Shown here: one piece after another, positions 55,794 through 64,000 of the stretch
Layout: each line of letters begins with the position of its first letter
Position numbering within the stretch: position 1 is the first letter of the stretch
Source: an uncultured Haloferula sp.
GTDB lineage: Bacteria; Verrucomicrobiota; Verrucomicrobiia; Verrucomicrobiales; Akkermansiaceae
Length of the DNA: 64,000 nt
Assembly: GCA_965652295.1 (NCBI GenBank)
Contig: CBFGTS010000002.1
Span: 128,001-192,000, forward strand
Reading direction: 5' to 3'
Translations under genes and position numbers: made by a program
The notes under the pieces: generated by a model
Databases searched by the model: none
What the model was told of the DNA's origin: nothing
What the model saw: only the letters and a program-made list of their open reading frames with translations

Positions 55794-58244
55794 ATGACGA
55801 GATTCCTCATCCGCCTGCTGTGCCTCTGGACCGCCTCGCTCGCCGTGCTTCACGCCGAGCCGGTCAGCGCCCGGCTGAGCAGCCATTTCCTCGTTCGCGG
55901 CGAAGAAGCATGGCTCGAATACCGCCTGCCGCCGGGCGTCAGCCCCCAGTCGGCGATCACTCCGCCCTCCATCAACGGGATCAACATCCGCCAGGAAGGT
56001 CCTTTTGCCATGCGCATCCGTGGCTACGGCCGGCGGAATGATTATGCCTTCCAGTTCCGGGTTTCCAGCTATCAGCCGGGCGACTACACCATCCCCCCCG
56101 CCCGGATCGAAACCGAAAACGGCGTGATCAGCACCGAATCGGTGAATCTCCGGGTCATCCACGAAACGGAACTCGAGTGGAAAACCGCCCAGGTTGGGAA
56201 CACCACTTTCCGCTACTCCGCGGCCTTCCGCACCACGGATGCCTCGCCATTCGTCAACGAGGTGATTCCGGTGGAAATGAAGATCTACGTACCGGCCACC
56301 CAGCGCATCGAGGATTGGGGCGTGCCGGAGTTCGAGCGGGAGGGCGTCGCAGCTTGGCGTTTCGAGCCTCGTCCGGGCATCGGCCGCGCCGAGTTGCCGG
56401 GGGGAAGCTCGGGTGGGACCTACTACGCGGTCAGCTATCCCAGCACTCTCTCACCGCTCCGCGAGGGCACCGTTTCCATCGGCCCTGCCACGCTTCGTCT
56501 CATCACCATCCAAACCTCCCTCAACCGTTTCTCGATGGCCGAGTACCGGCCGGTGAATCTCGACGTGACCGGGATCGAGCTCAATGCCCGCCCGCTGCCG
56601 GAAGGCGCGCCGGAGGGTTTCGACAACGCCGTGGGACAGTTCGAGCTGTCCGTGGCGGCGGAAGAAACCGAGATCCGCGAGGGCGACCCGGTCACGCTCT
56701 CCATCATGGTCGCCGGCAGCGGCAATCTCGACTCGATCGAGCCGCCTTCCCTGAGCGACCCCGATGGCTGGAAGATCTACCCCGCCAGCCGGATCGAGAG
56801 CCCCGACCGTCGCGAGATCTCCGGCCTCACGGTGTTCCGACAATTCCTCCGACCGGAGCGGCTGATCGATCGCGTCCCTCCCTACCGCTTCGTCTATTTC
56901 GATCCCGAAGCCGAGGACTACCGCACCCTCACCAGCGAGGCGATCCCGCTGCAAGTGATGCCTTCCACCCAATCCCCGCTTCAGGGAGCGACCGTCCCTC
57001 CGGAACAGCCGGTGCCGCTTGAGGAGATGACCGACATCCTCGGCATTATTCCGTCGGCCGACCGCTTAGGTGCCGCTCGGGAAAGCTTCAACCGCCCGTG
57101 GTGGCATCTCATCCCGCTGGCGCTGGCCCTCGTCCTGCTGGCGAGAATCGTGCAACTCCACTTCGTGCCCAAGGTCCGGCCGGACCCGGACCGGGTGGCC
57201 CGCCGACGCGATCTGCGGGATCTCTCCGCGGCCTCCACAGGCGACCCGCGCACGTTCTACCGCCGGGCCGGTGCCTTCATTGAAAAATGGCTGGGCGAAA
57301 GCGATGCGCCACTCGCCCGCGAAGTCCTCGTCAGGCGCGATGAAATCTGTTTCACCAAGGAAGTGCCCGAATCCTCCATCCCCACCCGCGAGCGCCATCG
57401 CATCATCCGCGGCCTACGCAAGCTCGCCCTGCCGGTTGCCGTCATTCTGGCCGGCCTTGGCATGACCGATGGAGCCCGCGCCGAGGATCAGCAGCCTACC
57501 GCGGAGGGCGGTGCCGAGGCCGCCTACCACGAATCTCGTTTTGCCGAAGCCGCCGACCTGTGGCTTGAGTCCGCGCCTTGGGAGCGGCTTTCCGCCGACG
57601 TGCTCTACAATATCGGCAATGCCGCCTACCGGCTCGGTTCACCCGGCGAAGCCGCCCTGTTCTGGCGACGCGCCATTTTGAAGGACGGCACCCACCCGGA
57701 GGCCCAGCAGAACCTCCGCTTCCTCGAACGGAAGTTCGGGTCGATCACCGTCCGTCGCCCCGACTACCAATACGCTCTCACCAAGGTTCCGGCCCGGGCA
57801 TGGGAAAATGCCATTTGGGTCGGCACGTGGCTCGCCGGCCTCGGCCTGCTGGTTTTCCCTGCCACCCGCACCGGTGCCAGACTTCGGATCGCCGCCGTTG
57901 CCTCGCTCGTTACCGCGCCGCTCGTCGCCGCCATCGGCTGGCTGGGGCTTCACTACTATCCCGACGACGCCCGCTTCGCCAGCGCCCGCGAACAAGGCGT
58001 CATCCTGGCCGATCGCGCCGACGTCCGCACCGACGCCGCGCGCAACGCACCACTGGTGATCGAGGCTCCGGCCGGATCGCTGTGCCGCATCCTCCACACC
58101 TCCGGGGACTGGACCTACGTCGCCTTCACCAACGACACCCGCGGCTGGGTCCCGGCCGATCAGGTCGCACCGGTGATCGTGAACCAGCGTCCGCAACCGC
58201 CGAGCCGCCCGCAGTCCTCGGAAAACAACGGCAAGAATGCCTGA
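55794..58244 (+). CDS. batD: BatD-family protein fused to a BatE-like TPR/SH3 module
   Basis: Signal MTRFLIRLL; AVGQFEL, G.GNL, F.YFDP...Y; C-terminal YNIGNAAYRLG...A.L.WRRA and GWVP SH3-like end. Confidence 0.82.
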   Translation: MTRFLIRLLCLWTASLAVLHAEPVSARLSSHFLVRGEEAWLEYRLPPGVSPQSAITPPSINGINIRQEGPFAMRIRGYGRRNDYAFQFRVSSYQPGDYTIPPARIETENGVISTESVNLRVIHETELEWKTAQVGNTTFRYSAAFRTTDASPFVNEVIPVEMKIYVPATQRIEDWGVPEFEREGVAAWRFEPRPGIGRAELPGGSSGGTYYAVSYPSTLSPLREGTVSIGPATLRLITIQTSLNRFSMAEYRPVNLDVTGIELNARPLPEGAPEGFDNAVGQFELSVAAEETEIREGDPVTLSIMVAGSGNLDSIEPPSLSDPDGWKIYPASRIESPDRREISGLTVFRQFLRPERLIDRVPPYRFVYFDPEAEDYRTLTSEAIPLQVMPSTQSPLQGATVPPEQPVPLEEMTDILGIIPSADRLGAARESFNRPWWHLIPLALALVLLARIVQLHFVPKVRPDPDRVARRRDLRDLSAASTGDPRTFYRRAGAFIEKWLGESDAPLAREVLVRRDEICFTKEVPESSIPTRERHRIIRGLRKLALPVAVILAGLGMTDGARAEDQQPTAEGGAEAAYHESRFAEAADLWLESAPWERLSADVLYNIGNAAYRLGSPGEAALFWRRAILKDGTHPEAQQNLRFLERKFGSITVRRPDYQYALTKVPARAWENAIWVGTWLAGLGLLVFPATRTGARLRIAAVASLVTAPLVAAIGWLGLHYYPDDARFASAREQGVILADRADVRTDAARNAPLVIEAPAGSLCRILHTSGDWTYVAFTNDTRGWVPADQVAPVIVNQRPQPPSRPQSSENNGKNA

Positions 58245-58286
58245 GCCGGAGTTTGCCGACTTCCCCTTCCTGAAAATCATCCGACC

Positions 58287-58877
<591 letters not shown>

Positions 58878-58924
58878 ACCAGCGTCCGCCGTTCAGTCTC
58901 CGCCTTCCGGATCCCGACCGTCTC

Positions 58925-59179
58925 ATGAAACTTCTCTTTACCCTACCCGCGGCCGCCCTGGTCCTCTCCTCCTGCCAGCCACTGGGAGGTACGGACCCGC
59001 TCGACAGCGGCGAGCTCGCCAGGGAGGCGTCCGACATTTCCACCTCCATGGAGCGTCGCGACGAAAGCCGGCTCCAGGACGAACGCTTCGACCGCTACGA
59101 TGTCAACGGCCTGCAAGTCGTCGATCCGGACCCGGAGCTGCGCGCCTTTGGCGGTGCGGACGCGCGCTCCGACTTCTGA
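58925..59179 (+). CDS. Small lipoprotein
   Basis: MKLLFTLPAAALVLSSC lipobox; acidic 84-aa product. Confidence 0.7.
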   Translation: MKLLFTLPAAALVLSSCQPLGGTDPLDSGELAREASDISTSMERRDESRLQDERFDRYDVNGLQVVDPDPELRAFGGADARSDF

Positions 59180-59182
59180 CGC

Positions 59183-59638
59183 TCACATCCCCTGCTCGCG
59201 CAGGATCTCGCTGAGCTTTTTCTGAAAATCCGCGATGTCCTTCTCGGTCGGGCGATAGCCCGGCGTGTCCGGGTCGAGCGCGGGGCGGCCATATTGGTCG
59301 ATCATCCAAATCGCCGTCCCGCCATCGGAAAAGCTCACCTTGCCGCTCACCAGCGCGCCGGGCACCGCCACGCTGTCGACGGTGACGCTGACTTCACCGG
59401 TCGGCACCGCGGCGTCAGCCGGTGCGGCTTCTTCAGCAGGTTTCACCTCCGGTTCGTCCTTCTCCTCGATGATCTCGATGTTCAGATCGAGCACCAGGAA
59501 CCGGGCATCCATGTAGGTGATCTTGATGCCATGCTCCTCATGAAGCCGCTTCTGCAAGTCGGCGATCGTCGCTCCTTCCGAAGCCCACTGGCGGAGATCG
59601 GTCTTCTGTTGATCGGTCAATTTGCTGGCGCTGAACAC
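59183..59638 (-). CDS. Conserved hypothetical protein
   Basis: GTG 59638; W..EGA....LQ......YMDARFL, PGALVSGKV.FSDG and W.IDQ.GR; strong host-like codon usage. Confidence 0.75.
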   Translation of the reverse strand: MFSASKLTDQQKTDLRQWASEGATIADLQKRLHEEHGIKITYMDARFLVLDLNIEIIEEKDEPEVKPAEEAAPADAAVPTGEVSVTVDSVAVPGALVSGKVSFSDGGTAIWMIDQYGRPALDPDTPGYRPTEKDIADFQKKLSEILREQGM

Positions 59639-59690
59639 ATGCCGATTGAGGACGTTCGGCGGAGCAAGCCAAGCCCAAAGCAGCGGTAAT

Positions 59691-60128
59691 TCAGCCGTTG
59701 CCAATTCCGCGGAGGCGCGCTTCCACCGCCAAACGGAAGGCCTGACGATCGCCATGCCGTTTCACCGAGAACTTCACGCAACGCCGCTGCCCCGGCTCAG
59801 GCGACCAAGTGGCCTGCCAGAACAGGTAGGTCTCGCCGTTCGAGCTGCTGACGGAAATCCGGGACACGCCGACCACACCTGAGGAATTCCGCACCGAACG
59901 CTGGCAAATGCGGGCCACCGGCTGCGGGCCGCTGTCGAGCTTCTCCAGCATCGCATCCCGCCAGTCCAGTGCCCGGCGATACGAGCCGCGGGGTCCGCCG
60001 CAGGGACGATCTCCGAAATACTTCGCATACTTGCTGCCGCGGCGCTGCAAGCGGACCTGCCAGCCGTGGGTACTGGCATCCGGCAGGTCGATCCGGGCGA
60101 TCGCATACGTGTCCTCGGGCGTCCACAT
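59691..60128 (-). CDS. AP2-like DNA-binding domain protein
   Basis: Two AP2-like units: HGWQVRLQRRG...KYFGD...ALDWRD and NSSGVVGVSR...WQATW...KFSVKRHG..AFRLAVEAR. Confidence 0.75.
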   Translation of the reverse strand: MWTPEDTYAIARIDLPDASTHGWQVRLQRRGSKYAKYFGDRPCGGPRGSYRRALDWRDAMLEKLDSGPQPVARICQRSVRNSSGVVGVSRISVSSSNGETYLFWQATWSPEPGQRRCVKFSVKRHGDRQAFRLAVEARLRGIGNG

Positions 60129-60169
60129 CGGGAAATGCTCCGGGACGTTTCCCCGAGGCCCGGGCCTTG

Positions 60170-61462
60170 TCAACGATCCTCGACCCGCACCGCCACCGAG
60201 CGGCCGTGGGCGTCGAGACCCTCAACGCGGGCGAATTCCTCCACGTGCGGCAACGATCGCGCGACCGATTTGGCGTCGAGTTTCACGATGCTGGTGCGAC
60301 GCTGGAATTGGTCGGCACGAAGGCCCGAAAACGACCTTCCGCCGCCGCCGGTGGGAAGCGTGTGGCTGGGGCCGGCGAGGAAATCCCCGACCGCCACCGG
60401 CGAGAGGTTGCCGAGGTAGATGGCACCCGCGGTGCGGATCTCCTTCAAGCGCTTCCGTTCCTTGGCGACGATCAACGAAAGGTGCTCGGGCGCGAAATCA
60501 TTCGCGATCGCAATTCCCTCATTGAGGTTCTTCACCAGCAGCGCGAACGACGATTTGTCTAGTACTTCGCGGATGATCGCTCCGCGGGAAAGCGTGACGG
60601 CCTGTTTGTCGATCTCCTTCTCCACCTGCTTGAGCAGGGATTTCGAGTCGGTGAGAAAGCCGATCACGCTGTCGCCGCCGTGCTCGGCCTGCGCGAGCAG
60701 GTCGGCCGCGATGCACTTGGCGTCACCGGTCTTGTCGGCCAGCACCAGCACTTCGCTCGGGCCGGGCAGAAGGTCGATGGAAACCGCCCCGACGAGCTGG
60801 CGTTTCGCTTCGACCACAAACTTGTTTCCCGGGCCGAAAATCCGATCCACCGGTCGGATCGACGGGGTGCCGAGCGCCATCGCCGCAATCGCCTGGGCAC
60901 CGCCGAATTTGATTACCTCGGTCACCCCGGCGGCCTTGAGAGCATAAAGCAGCGCGTCGTTCACCTTGCCATCCGGCCCGCACGGAGTGGCGGCAAGCAC
61001 CTGAGGAACCTTGGCGGCTTTGGCGAAACCGGCGGTCATCAGCGCCGTGGAAACGAGCGGGGCCTTGCCGCCCGGAACGTACACGCCCACGCGATCGAAC
61101 GGCACGAAACGCTCACCGACCCGCGCGCCTTCGGCATTCCGATACGACCAATCCTTGCGCAGGCTGCGCTTGGCGAACTCGGTGATGTTTTTGAGGCTCG
61201 CCTTGATCGCTTTCTTGGTAGCCGGGCTGACAGCCTTGGTGGCAGCCGCAAACTCAGCTTGGGTGACCTTCCATTCGTTTTCGCCGAACTCCACCTGGTC
61301 GAAGCGCTTTGCGTAATCCACGAGCGCCGCGTCCCCACGCCGGGCCACATCGGAAATGATGCCGGAGACCAGCTCGCGGACGTCATCCGAGGGGATCGCC
61401 CGGCGATTGAGCGTGGCAACGAATTCAGGATAGCCGGGGTCGCGAAAAGTCAACGTTTTCAT
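60170..61462 (-). CDS. hisD: Histidinol dehydrogenase
   Basis: VGVYVPGG, GGAQAIAA, GPGN, GPSEV, DLLAQAEH, APEHL and GPSHTLPT. Confidence 0.98.
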   Translation of the reverse strand: MKTLTFRDPGYPEFVATLNRRAIPSDDVRELVSGIISDVARRGDAALVDYAKRFDQVEFGENEWKVTQAEFAAATKAVSPATKKAIKASLKNITEFAKRSLRKDWSYRNAEGARVGERFVPFDRVGVYVPGGKAPLVSTALMTAGFAKAAKVPQVLAATPCGPDGKVNDALLYALKAAGVTEVIKFGGAQAIAAMALGTPSIRPVDRIFGPGNKFVVEAKRQLVGAVSIDLLPGPSEVLVLADKTGDAKCIAADLLAQAEHGGDSVIGFLTDSKSLLKQVEKEIDKQAVTLSRGAIIREVLDKSSFALLVKNLNEGIAIANDFAPEHLSLIVAKERKRLKEIRTAGAIYLGNLSPVAVGDFLAGPSHTLPTGGGGRSFSGLRADQFQRRTSIVKLDAKSVARSLPHVEEFARVEGLDAHGRSVAVRVEDR

Positions 61463-61540
61463 AGCGCGGCGGCACTCTGGGGAGATCGGCGATGCCGGAC
61501 AAGTGAAGATGAGCCGCAGGAGCCGAAAGCAGCGGCAAGA

Positions 61541-62278
61541 TCAGGCCTCCAACCACTCGCGGAGCACCCGGACCATTTTGTCGGCGGCAGCGCGGCCGGT
61601 CTCTACCACATCACCATGATCGAGCTTCGCTCCGGGCATCCCGGCGGCGAAATTCGTGAGGCAGGAGAGCCCCACGACCTTGAGGCCCCGGCGCTTGGCT
61701 TCCATGGCCTCCAGTACCGTGCTCATGCCCACGGCATCAGCTCCCATGGCGCGCAGCATGCGGATCTCCGCAGGGGTTTCGTACTGCGGTCCTCGTAGTC
61801 CGGCATAGACCCCCGCCCCCATATGCCAGCCGTGCCCGGCGGCGACGGCACGGAGTTTTTCGCCGATGGCGGCGTCATAGATCGCGCTCATATCGACGAA
61901 ATTCGGCCCGCCCTCCAGCGGTGACGTGCCGGTGAGATTGAGGTGATCGGAAATCACCATCCAGCTTCCCGGCGGCTGATCCTCGCGCAGGCTGCCGGCG
62001 GCATTGGTCAGGACGATCGTGCCCACCCCCTTCTCCGTCATCCAGCGGACGCCAGCGGTCACCGTGCCGGCATCGTACCCTTCATAAAGATGAACCCGCC
62101 CCGCCATCGCGATGACCGGATGTCCGGAAAGCCGGCCCAAGAGAAATGCACCCTTATGCCCCGCCACACCCGTGGTCGGAAGACCTGCTTCGGCGAATGG
62201 CACGCGCTCGCCGATTTCCATCTTTTCGACGATCGAGCCCAGGCCCGAACCCAACACGACGCCGATGCAGCTTCCCAT
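61541..62278 (-). CDS. Purine nucleoside phosphorylase (trimeric PNP-I/XapA type)
   Basis: LGSGLG, GR.HLYEG, TNAAG, DHLN, GPQYETPAE and VGMSTV.E. Confidence 0.95.
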   Translation of the reverse strand: MGSCIGVVLGSGLGSIVEKMEIGERVPFAEAGLPTTGVAGHKGAFLLGRLSGHPVIAMAGRVHLYEGYDAGTVTAGVRWMTEKGVGTIVLTNAAGSLREDQPPGSWMVISDHLNLTGTSPLEGGPNFVDMSAIYDAAIGEKLRAVAAGHGWHMGAGVYAGLRGPQYETPAEIRMLRAMGADAVGMSTVLEAMEAKRRGLKVVGLSCLTNFAAGMPGAKLDHGDVVETGRAAADKMVRVLREWLEA

Positions 62279-62318
62279 TGCTCACGCCTATCAGGCACCC
62301 CCGTGACCGGCAATGAAT

Positions 62319-63254
62319 TCAACCTTCCTCCTCGGGCCCGGCACCGGGCTTGAGCCAATAGAGCACCGACATCCGGACGGCGATGCCGTTCTCGACCTGC
62401 CGGTTGATCAGGCTACGGCTGTAATCCATGGCCTCGTCACAGAGCTCGACGCCGCGGTTCACGGGGCCGGGGTGCATCAGGTAGATCCCCTTGTCGTCGA
62501 GCTCGCGGAGACGTTCGGTGGTGATCCCGTAGACGCGGTGATACTCGCGCAGGCTGGGGAAAAACTGGGCGTCCTGGCGCTCCATCTGGACCCGCAGGAG
62601 ATAAACCGTGTCCGGCCCCCAGGCCATGGCTTCGGTGTAGTTGGTGAAACGCCGCACCCCCTCGGCCCCGTGCTTCGGCAGCAGTGACCCGGGGCCCAGA
62701 AAGGCCACCTCCACCCCGAGACGGCGGAAGATTGAAGTGGTCGAGCGCGCGACCCGGCTGTGCAGCACATCGCCGACGATAAGCACCTTTTTGCCCGCCG
62801 GATCCGGGAAGACCTCCTTCAGCGTGAAGGCATCCAGCAGTCCCTGCGTCGGGTGGGCATGGGCTCCGTCGCCGGCATTGATGACGCTGGCGTGGGTTTG
62901 GCGGGCGATCATTTCCGGCAGGCCGCTGCGTCCGTGGCGGACCACGATGTAGTCGGTGCGCATCGCCTGCAGGGTCTCGACGGTTTCGCGGACCGACTCG
63001 CCTTTGACCACCGAGGAATGCGCCACGTCGAAGCTCGTGACATCCGCCGACAAGCGCTTGGCAGCGACCTCGAAGGAAGAGTGGGTGCGGGTCGAGGGCT
63101 CGTAGAAGAGCATCAGGACCGACTTGCCCTTGAGCGCCGGGACCTTTTTGACCGAGCGGGTGAAAAGCTCCTTGAAGGGCACCGCCTGGTCGAGGATGCG
63201 GTCGATTTCCTCGCGATCGAGGCGGGCCAGTTCGAGCAAGTCCTTACGAGCCAT
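62319..63254 (-). CDS. pyrB: Aspartate carbamoyltransferase catalytic subunit
   Basis: FYEPSTRT..SFE, NAGDG..HPTQ.LLD, GDVLHSRVARS, LRVQMER and HPGPVNRG. Confidence 0.98.
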   Translation of the reverse strand: MARKDLLELARLDREEIDRILDQAVPFKELFTRSVKKVPALKGKSVLMLFYEPSTRTHSSFEVAAKRLSADVTSFDVAHSSVVKGESVRETVETLQAMRTDYIVVRHGRSGLPEMIARQTHASVINAGDGAHAHPTQGLLDAFTLKEVFPDPAGKKVLIVGDVLHSRVARSTTSIFRRLGVEVAFLGPGSLLPKHGAEGVRRFTNYTEAMAWGPDTVYLLRVQMERQDAQFFPSLREYHRVYGITTERLRELDDKGIYLMHPGPVNRGVELCDEAMDYSRSLINRQVENGIAVRMSVLYWLKPGAGPEEEG

Positions 63255-63927
63255 GCAGATTGGGGAAGAAGTGAAGGATTCCGAAGGTCAGTAGCAAGAT
63301 GGAAAGAATCACCAGAAAGCCGGCATGGTGGGCGGAGCGTTTCCGCCGCCAAGCGAGCCAGCCGGCACCGAGGAGCATGATCACCGCGCCAGCGGCGAGG
63401 GCACCGAAAAACACGACATGAGCGTCGGGGCGGGCCGCCATCCGGGAAAGCAAGCCGGAGGTCGAGCCGCCGGAGCTCTCACCGTAGAGCCCGAAGGCGA
63501 GTCCCGCGAATCCAGCGAGGTAAAGCAGGGCGAGCGTCCACCAGCGCGCCGTCAGATGGGCCAGATGCTCGGCAGGGATCTGGGCGTTGCCCGCGCCGGT
63601 GATGGCCATGCGCTTGAGTTCGTCGGAGGTGTGGCGGCGCGACGGGAGCGGGCTGTTGGGATCGGGCGGCTTCGGAGGTGCGACCGGGCCGCGCTCGGAA
63701 CGTTTCAATGACTTCACCACCGGCAGCTTGCGCTCGACCGGCTCCGGCTCGGCGGGCGGTGGCTCCGGTGCAGGCGGAGGCTCCGCCGCCTTCTTGGGTT
63801 TCACCGGAACCGGCGGCGACTCGTGGGCGAGATCCGGCGGTGGCGGGGCATCGTCCGGAATACCGAGCGCCGCCCGGAGCTCAGCGAGCTCTTCGGCGGA
63901 TTTACGGCGTTCCGGAAGCGGGCTCAT
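63244..63927 (-). CDS. Hypothetical membrane protein with Pro-rich N-terminus
   Basis: Three C-terminal TMs; overlaps both pyrR (ATGA) and pyrB. Confidence 0.7.
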   Translation of the reverse strand: MSPLPERRKSAEELAELRAALGIPDDAPPPPDLAHESPPVPVKPKKAAEPPPAPEPPPAEPEPVERKLPVVKSLKRSERGPVAPPKPPDPNSPLPSRRHTSDELKRMAITGAGNAQIPAEHLAHLTARWWTLALLYLAGFAGLAFGLYGESSGGSTSGLLSRMAARPDAHVVFFGALAAGAVIMLLGAGWLAWRRKRSAHHAGFLVILSILLLTFGILHFFPNLHGS

Positions 63928-64000
63928 GCGTTCTTCACTTCGACGTTTTCTTTCCCGTCGGTGCCCTCCAGCGAAACGTAGACGTGGTCGCGGCGATCGG
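63924..64000 (-). CDS. pyrR: C-terminus of PyrR (pyrimidine regulator/UPRTase), partial
   Basis: Manual translation ...DRRDHVYVSLEGTDGKENVEVKNA* matches the PyrR C-terminal V.V.L.E.DG.D.V pattern and its usual position before pyrB. Confidence 0.65.
   Translation of the reverse strand, partial: DRRDHVYVSLEGTDGKENVEVKNA

Overview
High-GC (visually about 65%) bacterial chromosome segment. Gene content and protein style suggest Verrucomicrobiota (Haloferula/Luteolibacter-like); this is inferred, not a database result. The window is mostly core genes: ispE, pgeF/yfiH, secA, rpsU, purB, grpE-dnaJ-rsmE, maf, rnhB-yraN, can, rarA, a KamA-family enzyme, a MoxR-Bat operon, a cyclophilin, hisD, a purine nucleoside phosphorylase, pyrB and a partial pyrR, plus tRNA-Ser(GCT) and tRNA-Thr(CGT). 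Accessory or unusual content: (i) a NarL-type two-component system whose sensor appears to carry a circularly permuted PA14 carbohydrate-binding domain inside OB-fold-like repeats, upstream of a probable secreted carbohydrate-active protein missed by the ORF track; (ii) an ArsR-controlled sulfane-sulfur cluster (YgaP-like rhodanese, persulfide dioxygenase-rhodanese, Tll0287/DUF3365 c-type cytochrome lipoprotein, TauE) with no SQR; (iii) a candidate sRNA of about 135 nt with repeated G-rich motifs; (iv) a structured tRNA-linked element that duplicates the tRNA-Ser 3' end; (v) a hipBA module; (vi) a stand-alone AP2-domain protein; (vii) many apparently leaderless genes. No CRISPR array, prophage, integrase or transposase was seen.
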